DNA of 64,000 nt from Styela clava. Lineage: Eukaryota. Under the pieces are notes generated by a model. It searched no databases and had not been told where the DNA came from. It saw only the letters and a list, made by a program, of their open reading frames with translations. Positions within the stretch are counted from its first letter, which is position 1. Every line of letters begins with the position of its first letter. A program made the position numbers and the translations under genes. The stretch lies in contig NC_135258.1 of assembly GCF_964204865.1 (NCBI RefSeq), forward strand, positions 21,204,001 through 21,268,000. Reading direction: 5' to 3'. Of this stretch, positions 52,301-64,000 are shown piece by piece.

Positions 52301-55300
52301 AAGAAAAAGGGCAATCAGTGAAATGCTTATAGAAGTCCACTTTGATCCATACAGTAGTAGGTGGGGACTAGGCTTGCACGTAATTTAGGGAATTACGTAA
52401 TTATTTCGAGTTACGGAAAGGAAGTTACAAATTACGTAAAGTCGCCATCCCGTTTGAGCGTTTGGTTTCACGATCAAAATGATATTATTATGAGCGTTAT
52501 CACCGTAACGCAATTAACACCGACAGACTTTTTTGTCTTCACGATTTGGTATCTTTTTTATTTGGCGCTGATAACGATAAATAAGAATGTGTGATAGTTG
52601 ATTGTAATTCCGGAAGACGTATTTTCCTTTTTCTCCGTGAAACAGACATGAAACGAATTTTATCGCCGCTATGGAGCAAAGGGAGAGAAGGCTACTTTAT
52701 TTTCCCGACTCAATCACTTTTATTAATACAAATTACAGAACATTAAAAAACAAAATAGAATTTATTAGCATTAATTTACAACGATTTACGGGTAAGAATT
52801 TACCGCCGGCTAAATAATTAATATGTGATCTAAATTTATCACAAATAATGTTATAACATTTAGGCCGCGAAATGATTTGATATAAAATGAAGCTTGGTAA
52901 TCGGAATATCGTCAATAATTCAGCATTAATAATTATTGCAAAATGCTAACTAGGTAGCAAAGTCGGATAATGTAAAAAACGGAGCAATAACAAGTCTTCG
53001 TCGCGAGGCAAGCGCAGGTATAATCAAACGAAAGAATACGCTCGTCGTTGATTAATAACTTGGAAACCTGACATTTTTATCCAATACGAAAGTCGATTTA
53101 AAAAAAAGGCAACTATTGTTTCATAAATATCGGTATACCAGTGTTGGTAATGATAAAATTGATCGCATAAAATTGGGACGATTAATTTGCGGAGGTGATA
53201 AAGGAAAACCAAATCAACACAAAAGATAAAAATCAGAATAAATACAATTTGAATTCACTCCTTGGTATTTGTCTTTAACATCTGTCGCCGGCGTGTAGTA
53301 CTGTTGGTGATATGAAAACCAAACTTCGATGTCCCGTTCGGAAAAGAAGTGGTTTCAAATGGTTTTTATGATAGGTTTAAATGCGTGAAAAAATATCGCA
53401 CTTACGGGGTCATTACGTAATCGATTTTGCTGCAATTACAAAATTGATTTTTGTCGATTACGTGCAAGTCTAGTGGGGACGCAAGATATTCGAAGGCGAG
53501 GATTTTGCGCCGCACGAAGAGATAAAAGAGAGAAATATAAAAGAGAACTCTCTGTTCATTGTGAGGCAAAATGAGAGAAGCAAAAAAAAGAAAACGCTCG
53601 GCCGCAGATATTTCCCAGGGAAAAAGACTCATTTTTTAGAACGTGGAAAAGCGACTAACGCTGATATATATCGGCCAGATATATCGGCCGGTTGGGCCGA
53701 TATGATATATCGGCAAACACGCAATATCGGCCCGATATATCGGTTGGCCGATATATCGGTCGAGCTCTATATGTTACAATGAGTTATTCATTACCTGCCA
53801 GTCCTGGATCTTCATCAGGAATACACTGTAATGTTGTCATATGTTGAGTGAAGCCAGATGGAGTTTTAGGTTCAAGAAGATTTCTCGTTGCATCAAGTTC
53901 GAAATTTTCATCAGAAATGTCAAGCTAAAAATAACTCTTGAATATTAATATTCTTCAGAATTTTTCTGTACAGAAACTACAGATGATGAAATATAACAGA
54001 AATCTTGTACAAGACTATTAGCCATGTGTCAAAATGCTATAAATTTAACCAAATAACAAAAGAAAGAATTTATTCCAAAGGGGAACATTTCAAATTAACT
54101 GATTTATATTAGTTTTCAATTGAAAGAAGCATAACAACAAATATTATTATTAATGATAGTACCAAATTACACGATTGGGTTAATTAGGTTCTTGCATATA
54201 CATATGTCAACATAACAAAAATATTTACTGGTAAATTTTGAAGACCAAACTACTCACAATTTGTGAACTGTAAAATGCCGAATTTACTTTAGACAAATTA
54301 GTATGATATACTACAGCAATTGAAAAAAATATATATTTCACTCAGTTTGCACTTCTCAGCCAAGATGGGATTTGGTTTAATCAATAAATATTAGAAGAAA
54401 ATGAGTTGGAAAAGTTTGGTATAATTTACAAACAGATACGCAAAAATATCGACACCTCAAAACCAAACAGTGCTAAGTCCACTTTTCCAAAAAATGACAT
54501 TTTTCAATTGCTGATTTTCCTGGACTTAGCTCTACATTTTGGTCTATTTGCCTTATCTCTAGGTGCTCTAGATCTCAAGACAGCTATGGACATAACCCTG
54601 CTTTTTTTAGGGCATTTGAGAACTAAACAGACCTGTGTCTACTATAGTGGACTTAGCTCTGGATAACTGCATTGTAAGTTGGGGCTAAGTCCGTTTTTTG
54701 GACATAGCTCCTCTCAAAAAATATAATACAAAGCGCTAAGTCCGTTTTTTGGACATAGCTCCTCTCAAAAAATATAATACAAAGCGCTAAGTCCATACCA
54801 GCCTCTATAATAACATAATAAAGGGGCCCTAAGTCCAATAAAATTGTTTTTGGTCCAGAAAATTGAGAGCCAAAAAGGGTTAAGTCCAAAAAAAAACCCC
54901 AAAAAAAATTGGGGCGGAGCACAAATTTTTTTATACCATCTAAATATGGCCTTCATTGTAACTTTGGTGGACCATAAAAACTAGACATCCTCAATGTAAG
55001 GTATTAGAGAAATAAAAAAATGAAACAAAAAAAAAAACGTTTTTCTCAAAACTAGAAAAATGGACTTAGCCCAATTTGGATTTCATGCGTCGATATGCTT
55101 TAGAAAGTCACATACACATAATCTCACCATGGAATATTCTGCTTCTTGTCTGGCCATCATTGTTCTAGGAAATTGCTGACTGGTAAAATCATAATTTGTC
55201 ATTCCTGCAAGCATTCAAACTTTATTTTTAAGTGAACTAGATTCAAGACAACAAAAGTTCTATTCTTCGGGTTTCTGTGAAACTGATTACTTACTTATCC

Positions 55301-56756
55301 TACTTTTATTGAGCTAATAGATTAGTATCTCCATAATGTAAGAGTGCTAATGTGCAACATGTTCTTGAATCACATAGAATAGCTTGCAAATTGATGATAG
55401 ATGATAAACAAATTTTTTTAAGATAATTCTATGTAAATGTGCACACAACCCTTATCATGATTATACCCTTAGAAACAAGTAGATTAGAGATTATAATTTG
55501 GCATAATTTTGTGGCTAGTTACAATGTGTATGGTTTCCAAAACTTAATAACAAAGTCTAGCAAATTATAAAATGCCAATATAGAAGTAGCGACCTGAAGA
55601 ATAATTTAATATTATTCAATTCAATTCATCTCATAGAAATACCTCGGCTATTTGAGCTAGGTCCAGAAATTGGAGTAATTGCTTCAAGAAACGCAGGATT
55701 CTCTTGAACTATACTCTCATCCAGTTGTTGAAGACCTGAAAGTTAAAACTTGTATTAAGTTTATAATTAAGCAAGCATTTATATGCCAAGTAAGCACACT
55801 CCAAAGTTTTCCTCTTTTATCCACCAAAAATGGGATAGCCACCCAGTCCACAACAAATCATGAAAGAAACTAATGTTGACTGTATATCTGAAGATACTTG
55901 TTATATCTGATTTGCATTTATTACTTTGGTTCAGTAATACACCTAGTGCTGCTTAATTTTTTACCAAAGGATGACAAAAAATCTGATATAGAGGGGAGTG
56001 AAGAGGAATACCTCATAATCAAGTTTTAAAAAATTATATTCTGAAAATACTTTGATATTGTTGTGGTGTCATCCTTGATCTTCTTTGCATACTTCTTGCG
56101 TCTCTCATTGTTGATGGTGAATTAATCAATCCACTTGCGTTCAAACCTCGAGTTCTGAAACATAAGAGATAAGCATATGCATTTAGGATACCGAGACTAT
56201 CACAGAATATTGAACACCTTAGGAAGAAACTTATTTTCAATTTTAGGAAATTACTTGGAAGACGTATCAAAAAAGGGCTATTATATCTTGCTGGCATGTC
56301 TGTCCAACAGAGCACTTAATGCACAAACGAGAATATCGGTCGGAGACCGAAGACTTATCAATCGAAAATGCGGTTTCGATTCACGACTCTATAGTGACAC
56401 AGCGTGTCCCATCACTAATTAATTAATAACTCGCTAATTATAGGACATAATTCATCCAAAATCAATAGGCTTCTGGTCCGAGGTATGATGAATGCACATG
56501 CAATTTGGAGCAGATTCAACCTCGCCTTCGTGAGATATCGCGTTCATCTAACAGACAAACAAACATACGGACAGACAAATACCTATCAACATACTTAACG
56601 ATCTTAAGATCGATAAGTAAAAACTGAACAATCACCAACATTGAAGTAAATTTTATTATTGAAGTAATAAAAATAATATAGGTGTGAAAAAAACATTGGC
56701 AACAATTTATTCGCTTACCTACGACTACCAATATATGATCCATTCCTTTCATCCAT
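46367..56756 (-). CDS. NUP107: Nuclear pore complex protein Nup107, N-terminal ~390 aa only (apparently truncated)
   Basis: Minus-strand exons 56756-56719, 56154-56051, 55735-55643, 55204-55128, 53924-53795, 50707-50554, 50476-50402, 50194-50143, 49642-49571, 49226-49135, 48559-48478, 47691-47578, 46765-46675. They encode [113 protein letters not shown], all Nup107 motifs. Possible non-homologous last exon 46482-46367. Confidence 0.85.
47084..47458. mobile_element. Degenerate hAT-like MITE with GGAGC(T/C) subterminal repeats
   Basis: cagggatgagga ... ttcccagcactg termini; ggagctggagctggagc arrays; no clear TSD. Confidence 0.4.
51157..51994. mobile_element. 5'-truncated copy of the hAT element at 13324-14518
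   Basis: Colinear with ~13670-14518 and ends in the same TIR ctggctgcgcccctg. Confidence 0.85.
52021..53769. mobile_element. Non-autonomous hAT element (outer) in a Nup107 intron
   Basis: TIRs tagagctcgaccgatat / atatcggtcgagctcta; 8-bp TSD tatgttac (52013-52020, 53770-53777); ccgata/tatcgg subterminal repeats. Confidence 0.92.
52369..53472. mobile_element. Non-autonomous hAT element nested inside 52021-53769
   Basis: TIRs taggcttgcacgtaat / attacgtgcaagtcta; 8-bp TSD gtggggac (52361-52368, 53473-53480). Confidence 0.92.
54446..55096. mobile_element. MITE with CTAAGTCC/GGACTTAG repeats and an internal ~54-bp tandem duplication
   Basis: Imperfect ~36-bp TIRs atatcgacacctcaaaaccaaacagtgctaagtcca / tggacttagcccaatttggatttcatgcgtcgatat; duplication at ~54685-54795; TA/ATAT flanks. 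Confidence 0.7.
56325..56620. mobile_element. Helentron-associated (HINE/DINE-1-like) non-autonomous element in Nup107 intron 1
   Basis: 5' tcggtcggagaccga hairpin, subterminal inverted repeats acttatcaatc / gatcgataagt, acagacaaacaaac microsatellite, A-rich flanks. Confidence 0.6.
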
Positions 56757-57100
56757 GTTTTGAAAAAATGTTTGAAGAATTTTGAAGTGTCCCAATAACA
56801 ATTAATATTTAAATCTATGTTCTGAAATAACCGAAAATAATGAAAAACTTACGATAGTGAAAAAGGCACAGTCTTAGAATGAAAATCGGCAGTGAGAGAA
56901 ATAAAGCAGTGATGGAACAACAACTGGGCATATCAAAATACCAGAAAGAAAGTGGCCAAATATTCAAGTACAAAACATATAGAATTGACCTTAGCAACAA
57001 AATGATATGAAATAATCAGTTGTGTCCAATGTTGTCCAAGAGTCAGGGGTAACACCTTTTAAGTTCTAATAATTTTTTTGATTCTCAGTACACATACAAC

Positions 57101-57850
57101 TTATGAGCATTCCATTGGCTGATCAGAAACTTGAGCACTAGCAAATTCTGTTGGTAAACAGGTCTGGTCACGAGGTGGAATTTGAAGTTGTTCAATCATT
57201 TTAATACACGTCAATGCTTCACCAGTTTTCTTGTGTTTTCCTTCTAATGTTTCAGTTTCCGGTTCACTTTCAGTGTCTCTCTCATCTCCACTGGAATACT
57301 CAATATCAGTGAGGGTACCCCCTTCCATGGGGTCGAAATATTCATCTTCGTCAGATTTATATTCCTTATCCATATCTTCATCTAATATTGTAGCTGTTCT
57401 GTAGTATTTGAAAGAATCTTTACCTTCTTTTTTATCAGAATCTTTGTCCTCCTGCTTTTCATTACTGACTTCTTCTTCTTCTTCATTTTCACTATCTTCT
57501 GCTTTCATTTTAGCTTGTAATTCCTTTCGCCGCTGTTCATCATTCTCATATTTTAGTTGGAGGAACTTCTGACCTCCGAGTTCAATTAATTTTACATCGA
57601 CCCCAACTTCTTCTTCTCCACTTGAGCAAGAATCTTCTTCCTCATTTTCGTCAACTTCTTCATTAGGAATAAAATCTTCAGAATTATCGTCTGCTTCAAA
57701 GTTAGTTTCTGCAAATTCCTCTTCTTCCCCATCACTTTGAGAATCTGCAGTCAGTTCCTCCGTCTTCTCAACTTTTTCTTCAACATGTTCATCCACTTTC
57801 TTCTCAGGAGCAATGGTGGCAGTTACATTTTCGCTTTGTACATCAGACAT
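57101..57850 (-). CDS. Intronless highly acidic (Glu/Asp-rich) 249-aa protein, function unknown
   Basis: Long ORF with strongly biased E/D/K composition in otherwise stop-rich DNA. ATG in aaatcATG context; acceptor-like ctcag ~55 nt upstream. Confidence 0.8.
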   Translation of the reverse strand: MSDVQSENVTATIAPEKKVDEHVEEKVEKTEELTADSQSDGEEEEFAETNFEADDNSEDFIPNEEVDENEEEDSCSSGEEEVGVDVKLIELGGQKFLQLKYENDEQRRKELQAKMKAEDSENEEEEEVSNEKQEDKDSDKKEGKDSFKYYRTATILDEDMDKEYKSDEDEYFDPMEGGTLTDIEYSSGDERDTESEPETETLEGKHKKTGEALTCIKMIEQLQIPPRDQTCLPTEFASAQVSDQPMECS

Positions 57851-59002
57851 GATTTATTATGATTGGTTTATGGTTATGAAGTACAAATTTATAGACACTA
57901 TAACTGAGCATATGAAACGAAAGAAGATCAGGATGATCAAAGCGAAATTGTTTTAAAAATTACCACCATACCAAGATCATGAATATTCAAATAGTGAGAA
58001 TCAAAAACCATGAGTCTAATAATCAAACAAAAAATGATAGAACTATATCAAGAGAAACTTTTCATGTTTTTTATTCATTTTCAGCTATTTACAAAATTAA
58101 AATATGCTGGTTTGGAAGTATTTTATCTGAAGCATGATGCAGAAATAGTTTTTATTAGTGCATCTGTAATAAAAAACTAGAATTTGGGTTTAGTCAAGTA
58201 AACATGTTTGAATTTACCTACTTTCAATGTTCATTACAGCTTTTTGCATAGCCTATGTTCAGATGTTGGATATAAAAAAATAGTTTAACATTTACAATCA
58301 GAGACCACACACGCTGAACATCTGAGACTGAAAGAGTAGGCTTATTTGTAAAAAGGACTGGACTACTGCTTTGGCCGACAGAGGTTCAAGCTTCGAAAAC
58401 CGGCTGCGACATTGCATTCGCAAAGGTCAAAGATCAATTAATCAGCGACCAAGTTCATCAGAAAGTTCTGTGTTAATGTACAATTGTGAGTATCGAGATA
58501 CAGGTTACAAAAAAACTTGTGTTTGGAGGATAGACTCGTATAGTTGTTAATTGACATGGGTTTTGGTGAGCTTGTGGGAAGATGATGAAAGATACGTGTT
58601 ATCAATAATTAGGCAGTTTATAATAGGACCTATTCGAATTTGTCAGCAGTGTATATTACAGACGATGGGTACTGAAAGTCGGAGAGTGGTGTGGTTCTTA
58701 AACTCTGAAACTAGTCACTGATTGCATGCCCAATTTCTGTATTTCTCATGGAAAACGCCATAAAATCCGGACTGGATCAGAATAAATCAATCAATGACTA
58801 CTGCAATATTAGAATATTCAGAACAGAAATACAAAATCTACAAACAAATAGGCCTACTTGGGTGAGTTTGGCGAGTAAAGCTTAGCTAACTATGAATTAA
58901 GTTGAAAAGTAGTCTAAATCAATATCCGGAAATTAATGAAAACTATGAACAGTGGTCAGTAGTGCATTAAACTAAAAGCAATCAGATAAGTATAGGTATT
59001 TC

Positions 59003-59433
59003 GGGTCTGGTATAGTTCAGTACCACATGTACTTCTACTTGGCCTGGCTCAACAATTTTTGCATATGTCAATCCTAACCCCCACCTGACTACGCCATTGA
59101 AAAAATACGTCATTCCGACGTCACAGTGCTGTAATAAGGCCCACCAAAGTATGCGGATGGTTGTCCAAAGCGCGCAGACAATCATCCAAAATCGAGCAAC
59201 CATTTCTCTCGTTTCTCGTCACAACGATCACGATAGGAGAGAGATTGTCAGCGTTGGCGAGTTGGCGCTGATGCCATTTCGGGCGATGGGAATTTTACTT
59301 TGTCAGGCCCTATGGCGTGATAGTGACGTAATTTTTGGATGGCATAGTCAGGTGGGGGTTAGGAATAACATATGCAAAATTCGTTATAATACGTCCACCG
59401 GAAGTATTTGTGGTATTAAACTATACTAGACCC
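59003..59433. mobile_element. Foldback MITE with long imperfect TIRs and 3-bp TSD (Harbinger-like)
   Basis: gggtctggtatagttcagtaccaca...cctaacccccacctgacta / tagtcaggtgggggttagg...tgtggtattaaactatactagaccc; ttc flanks both ends. Confidence 0.75.
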
Positions 59434-60419
59434 TTCATTTCAACTCCATAATCAGCATAACAATAAAATAATTGCAAAAAAAAAAAAAATGATTATGAAG
59501 ATGAAGTGAGAGTTTATCACTAGAATCAATCAATCAATCATTTTATTTCGGCTCTCTGACTAAAACGGGACAATACAAAAAAGTAAACAGACAACAAATA
59601 CAGAGATACCTGGAAGGCGAGCATAACTTAAAATAAAGTTAAAAAACGTACAAGTACGAGCCCACCCACCAAAAAATAAAATAGGAATAATACGAGTATA
59701 CAAAAAATATGGACACGATTCAAAATCGGGCAGTGCTTATAACTCAATTTAAAATGATAAAAGCCAAATAATTGTTTGAATCAGTGAATAATTTACATGG
59801 AGTAAAATAAGAGTTGCGCTTGAAATAAGACAGCAAGATTCAAGTAGATAAAACTAAATGTAATAGAATCCCAACCACCTCCTCCGTTTCTGATAAATGT
59901 TTCAAATGTTCTTATACGATTATGGTAGCTGAGAAATCGCCAGGATTCTGGGATTAGCCTTGCAGTAAATATATATAAATAAAGCTGATCTCTCTCGAAT
60001 TCTGTAAATTTTGAGTCTGAGATTCCTATATAGCATAGAAATATACAAGTCAAAATTTATGGGAGATACCGGTATCGCTTGCTGTCAGAAATGCAAAAAA
60101 TCACCAAAAAACTATCAAATGTGCAAGACAGATAAATAAATAGGCTACATGTTTGAAAAGCAGCATGAAGTTTTGAATCATTAATATCGTGTTGACTCAG
60201 TCACTACCTCAATACATGTCCAGTATCATTACTTCAGCTCGAAAGGGACAACTGTAAAACCTGAATGAGGGAAAGTTTTCTAGGGAAACGGTAACCAGAT
60301 GCCACGTCCATTCCAGTGACCCACACGCGCGCGAAAACAGTGGGGATTTCCCTTGTTTTATCATAGCTTCACCCTTGGCTTCACCTAACGGTCAATTTGT
60401 CGCGCTCAAGATATGGACC

Positions 60420-60790
60420 TTCCCCCGACCTTTGATCACCGAAAAATTCTTCCTGTACTTTACCATTGCAAAATTTTCGGGGCTATTTTAAGAGTGCTTC
60501 TGCGAGTTGACGCCTGTAAAATGGGGTGTGTTTTTCAACCCATCATTACGATTCATCGCATACAACAATCCGTTTTTTAAAAGTACCGGTGAAGAAATTT
60601 AGCCTAGTCTTTCACAGCTATTTCTACACTAATTTTTCCATACTGCAATTAAATTAAAACTCCTAGGAAGACAGAGTGATCATTGAATTATCTGATTTAT
60701 ATTTAAGTTTCCGAAACAAAACTGAAAACCAACGATGAGAGTTCAAAAACGAGGTAATGTTTACGACCACGCTTGAAAATCTGTCTGAGC
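60420..60790 (+). repeat. Dispersed repeat, copy 2 (homologous to ~17240-17510)
   Basis: Colinear shared blocks with the TLR-A intron copy. Confidence 0.7.
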
Positions 60791-61828
60791 AATGACATTA
60801 AACAACATGATAGGCAACTCTGACGTCACTCCATAAGACTACATGCGAAAGATTGTATTTCATGATACGCTCCAATGCACATATTTCTCGTCGCCTTTCG
60901 CGACCGTTTTCCGCTTGCTTTTGCTAACCGGCGTCCTCTTTACGTTTAGTACCTGCCTTTTTGCGCCTGTAACGAAAGAAAATAATCTCTATATCTAAGA
61001 AGTTTTGCTCACTTGGAAAGCTGGAATGACATACAAGCTGTAAAGAGTAATTCTGGACATCATAGACTTTTTTTTATCAGAGAAGATTACAAACGCGATA
61101 GAGTAAAGATTTGTGTGGGACATTTTGCAGATAATGACAAAGTTCAAAGTTAGTAATTTTAAAGTTTGCGCTTAAACATTGAAATTTCATTTAAAGAGGG
61201 TGTCATACAAAACAGCAAAACTGTTTTTACTTCTCTTAACGATGCTGTGATACAATTCCATAACACAAAGTTTGCACCTATCGAACTTGCTTTAGTAGGT
61301 GAATTTATTAGACATTATTAGACAAATTTATTGTGAGGAATTTCGCATGTAATTCTCATTGATTGGTGGCTGTTTATAATTCCTATTAATTGTGAATTCT
61401 GATTATAACAAAGAATTTACTGGCACCTTTTTCTTGTCAATACTCCAAGCTGAGGTAATGAACAAGACAATACATTTATGTCATCTGGAAGCAAAATATG
61501 CAGACTAATTAAGAGTTTGACACATTGAGATAATACATCATTACAGAAAATACAAGTTAAAGATATGTATGACCATCACATGGTAATTGAAATTTAAAAA
61601 AAAATTAATAGGGGCTGTGGAGTATAAAAAATTCAAGACAAAGAAAAGAACAAAAGTTCATAGCCCATGAACTCTCAATTTTGCCCCCATTGCTTTGTGA
61701 AGGCCAATATATTCCCAGTGGCTGAATTGGTTTACCTTTATGATAGCAACGATTTCGTATTTAATACGGCAAATTTAATTGAAGTGATATTATTTCCCAA
61801 AGCAATGCTTGAATTGTCTAGAATAGAT

Positions 61829-62986
61829 CAGTGGTGTCAAACTCATGGGTTTTCGAGAGCCGCATTGCATGTTGGAAATTGTAAAAAGTGCCGCAAACAG
61901 TTTTTGATAATGTATACTTGAAAGATATTTTCAAGATAGTTTTAGTTTGTGACATATATCAGGATGCAACTAAACAGTTGGATTAAGTTTTATTATTTTC
62001 TTTTTTTTCAAATGCAATTTCATGTTAATATTTGCATTCCACTATTATTGCAAGTTACTGTATTTATTACAAAAAATCATAAAATTTTATGTACAACCAT
62101 CAAAATCATTTTTGAACAAGCTTTGGATAAGGAAAGAATAATACATACACTAAAAAAATGACTTAATCTAAATATATGGACCTAAAATTAACAAAAATAC
62201 TACAATATAAACTCAATGTTTTTTAATTACATTTGTCCTGACGTTTGGCATCTTTTTTGTGTCACCAGCATACTAAAGCCAGGATGAAATAATTTTATAG
62301 TACCAACTCTAACTAACGAGGTCACATGATCATGGGTTAATCTGGATCTTTGCGAATGTTTAATTAATTCCAGTAATGCAAAAAAGTTACTCATTTCATG
62401 TATAGATCAGTAAAAAAACAAATGACAGATTTTTTTCGACAAGACATTTCGCGCCACATTGCATGGCATAGAATTGCTTGAATTATTATTGATATTTAGT
62501 AACAAAAAAGTTGTATAATTATATTAATATACAAACACATGAAAATTTTCTGTTCGAAGTTAGTCTTCGAATTTGTCATATTGACTGCTGAGCTTATTGT
62601 GTTTTTCATTGTACTGATGGAAATATGACAAATTAAACAATGTGCTTCAGAGAATTTTGTGAAATGCAGAAATATTGCAACTCCCATTTTCTTCGGAAAT
62701 GCTACCTTCTTCATGTACTTTGCGTTTAATTTAATAACTCAAGTGTTCTATTCAAGTATTCTTTTGCTAGCTTGATGTGTATTCTTAAATGGGTTAAAAT
62801 GTGAACAAAAAAAATTAATTTTTTAAAACTACTTTTAGTAAATTGTTTTCTGTGTGAATATTCAATTTCACTTTAAAAAGTTTGAAAAATCTGTTACATT
62901 TAGATAAAAAAAAATTCCAAAATACTTTTACAATTATTGTTAAGCTTTCGAGGCCGCACTGGAAGTTCTCTGGGGCCGCGAGTTTG
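61829..62986. mobile_element. hAT-like non-autonomous element, right end eroded
   Basis: Left end cagtggtgtcaaactc..gagccgcat; right end ggccgcact..ggccgcgagtttg; gtctaga-like flanks. Confidence 0.5.
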
Positions 62987-63046
62987 GTCTAGATTGAAGT
63001 TGTCCAAAATATATACCAGTATTTTATCATGAATCATGATTATACC

Positions 63047-63510
63047 CTGACCCGTAATCCTCATTTTTCAAAGCTGTTTTAAGTATGCCTGGCATGTTTT
63101 ATGCTTTTTCACAAAGAAGACCGCTTATGCAATCTTAAGCATTGGAATTTTTAGTTATTTTCCTCAAGCCTTGCAGGATGTAGGGGCCATACACAACTCT
63201 ACCGGAGGGTCAAATGCTTTTGCATGCCTTCATAGGTTGTTCTTCTATTGCAAACATTTATGGAGTATTCTAATTATATTTCTTGGAATCACACTGTCAC
63301 TGATATCTCGCCAGACTTCTTCTGATATCTCCCCTTCTGCAACGGTTGTCCTGTGAATAAATAATAGGAAATTGAGATTAGAGGAATAGTTGAAAGTTTT
63401 GCTTTATGTCGGCTTAATTTTTTGATTAATATACTTACTATTTTTGCTATTGCCTCTTGTGCTGCAGGAGTCTCACAATGCTTAGACAGGTTTGTCCACA
63501 ACTTTCACAT
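63047..63510 (-). pseudogene. Exon-like, stop-interrupted relic of unknown gene
   Basis: Good minus-strand acceptors (ttcttcag at ~63511, ttcacag at ~63351) and a gtaagt donor at ~63436 bracket higher-GC sequence, but every frame contains stops. Confidence 0.25.
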
Positions 63511-64000
63511 CTGAAGAAAGAGAGGAGATTTATTGATTTTCGCTAAGAATAAATAAAGCAGTCTATATGACTTAGAATGGAAAAGCTAATAAATCCAATA
63601 TCTCATGTTTAATGTAAAAAATGTTTTACTGAATTTGGTATATAAATCAACTAATAAAAGGGTTTAGTCAGAAAATTACAAGCATTCGTGGCTCCAAATA
63701 CTTGAGAGATCATACTATACAATATAGACCGGTATGAGTAAAATGTTAGGTGAACTTGTTAACCCTTTGATTCAATACGCAAATAAAAGTGAATGAGCAT
63801 AGTATGCTACAGCAATGAGTATATATTTCTACACTGATTAGAAAAATCTAAATGGAGGTGCATGAACTATTTGAAACCATAAAGGGTAAGTAAATATGCA
63901 ATTTCGGCAAATGGGCAACTACGTACCGTATTGATTTGATAACTTCGTAGTATTTGACAAAAGCTGGCTTTCCCACATGTATTTAACAGTGCTATGTCCG

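Noticed and set aside
60850-61055. Basic exon-like segments on the minus strand (AKRQVLNVKRTPVSKSKRK)
   Set aside because: Splice-like signals exist, but no phase-consistent ATG-initiated ORF or recognisable homology was found; it could be UTR.
1050-63501. Many 60-110 aa ORFs in the supplied track (e.g. 1050, 2370, 12337, 51085, 53561, 59097, 61667)
   Set aside because: They are antisense shadows of real exons, lie in transposon remnants, or are AT-rich chance ORFs with no motifs.

Overview
AT-rich eukaryotic (animal) genomic DNA with GT-AG spliced genes. The short introns, the repeat landscape and an operon-like gene pair suggest a tunicate/ascidian, but that is inference. From left to right: (1) An 8-exon, ~678-aa gene with a Crypton tyrosine-recombinase-derived DUF3504 domain (ZMYM/QRICH1/KIAA1958-like), 5321-9899 +. 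(2) A tandem + strand cluster of four paralogous, intron-rich Toll-like receptor genes. Three are complete SP-LRR-TM-TIR receptors of ~1100 aa (12901-23941, 25330-30994, 38830-45978) whose ectodomains have three LRRNT-LRR-LRRCT modules. The third gene in the array (32882-37204) keeps the signal peptide and ectodomain but has no TM/TIR exons and appears to end in a strongly cationic tail, making it a candidate secreted TLR-like protein. (3) On the minus strand, an intronless acidic 249-aa ORF (57850-57101) lies only ~345 bp upstream of a Nup107 gene (ATG 56756). Nup107 homology stops after ~390 aa, next to the 3' end of the TLR cluster. (4) Many non-autonomous DNA transposons: hAT MITEs with 8-bp TSDs (including a nested pair), pogo-like, foldback and Helentron-type elements. 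All exon models were spliced by hand and give open, frame-consistent CDSs; none is confirmed by transcript data.
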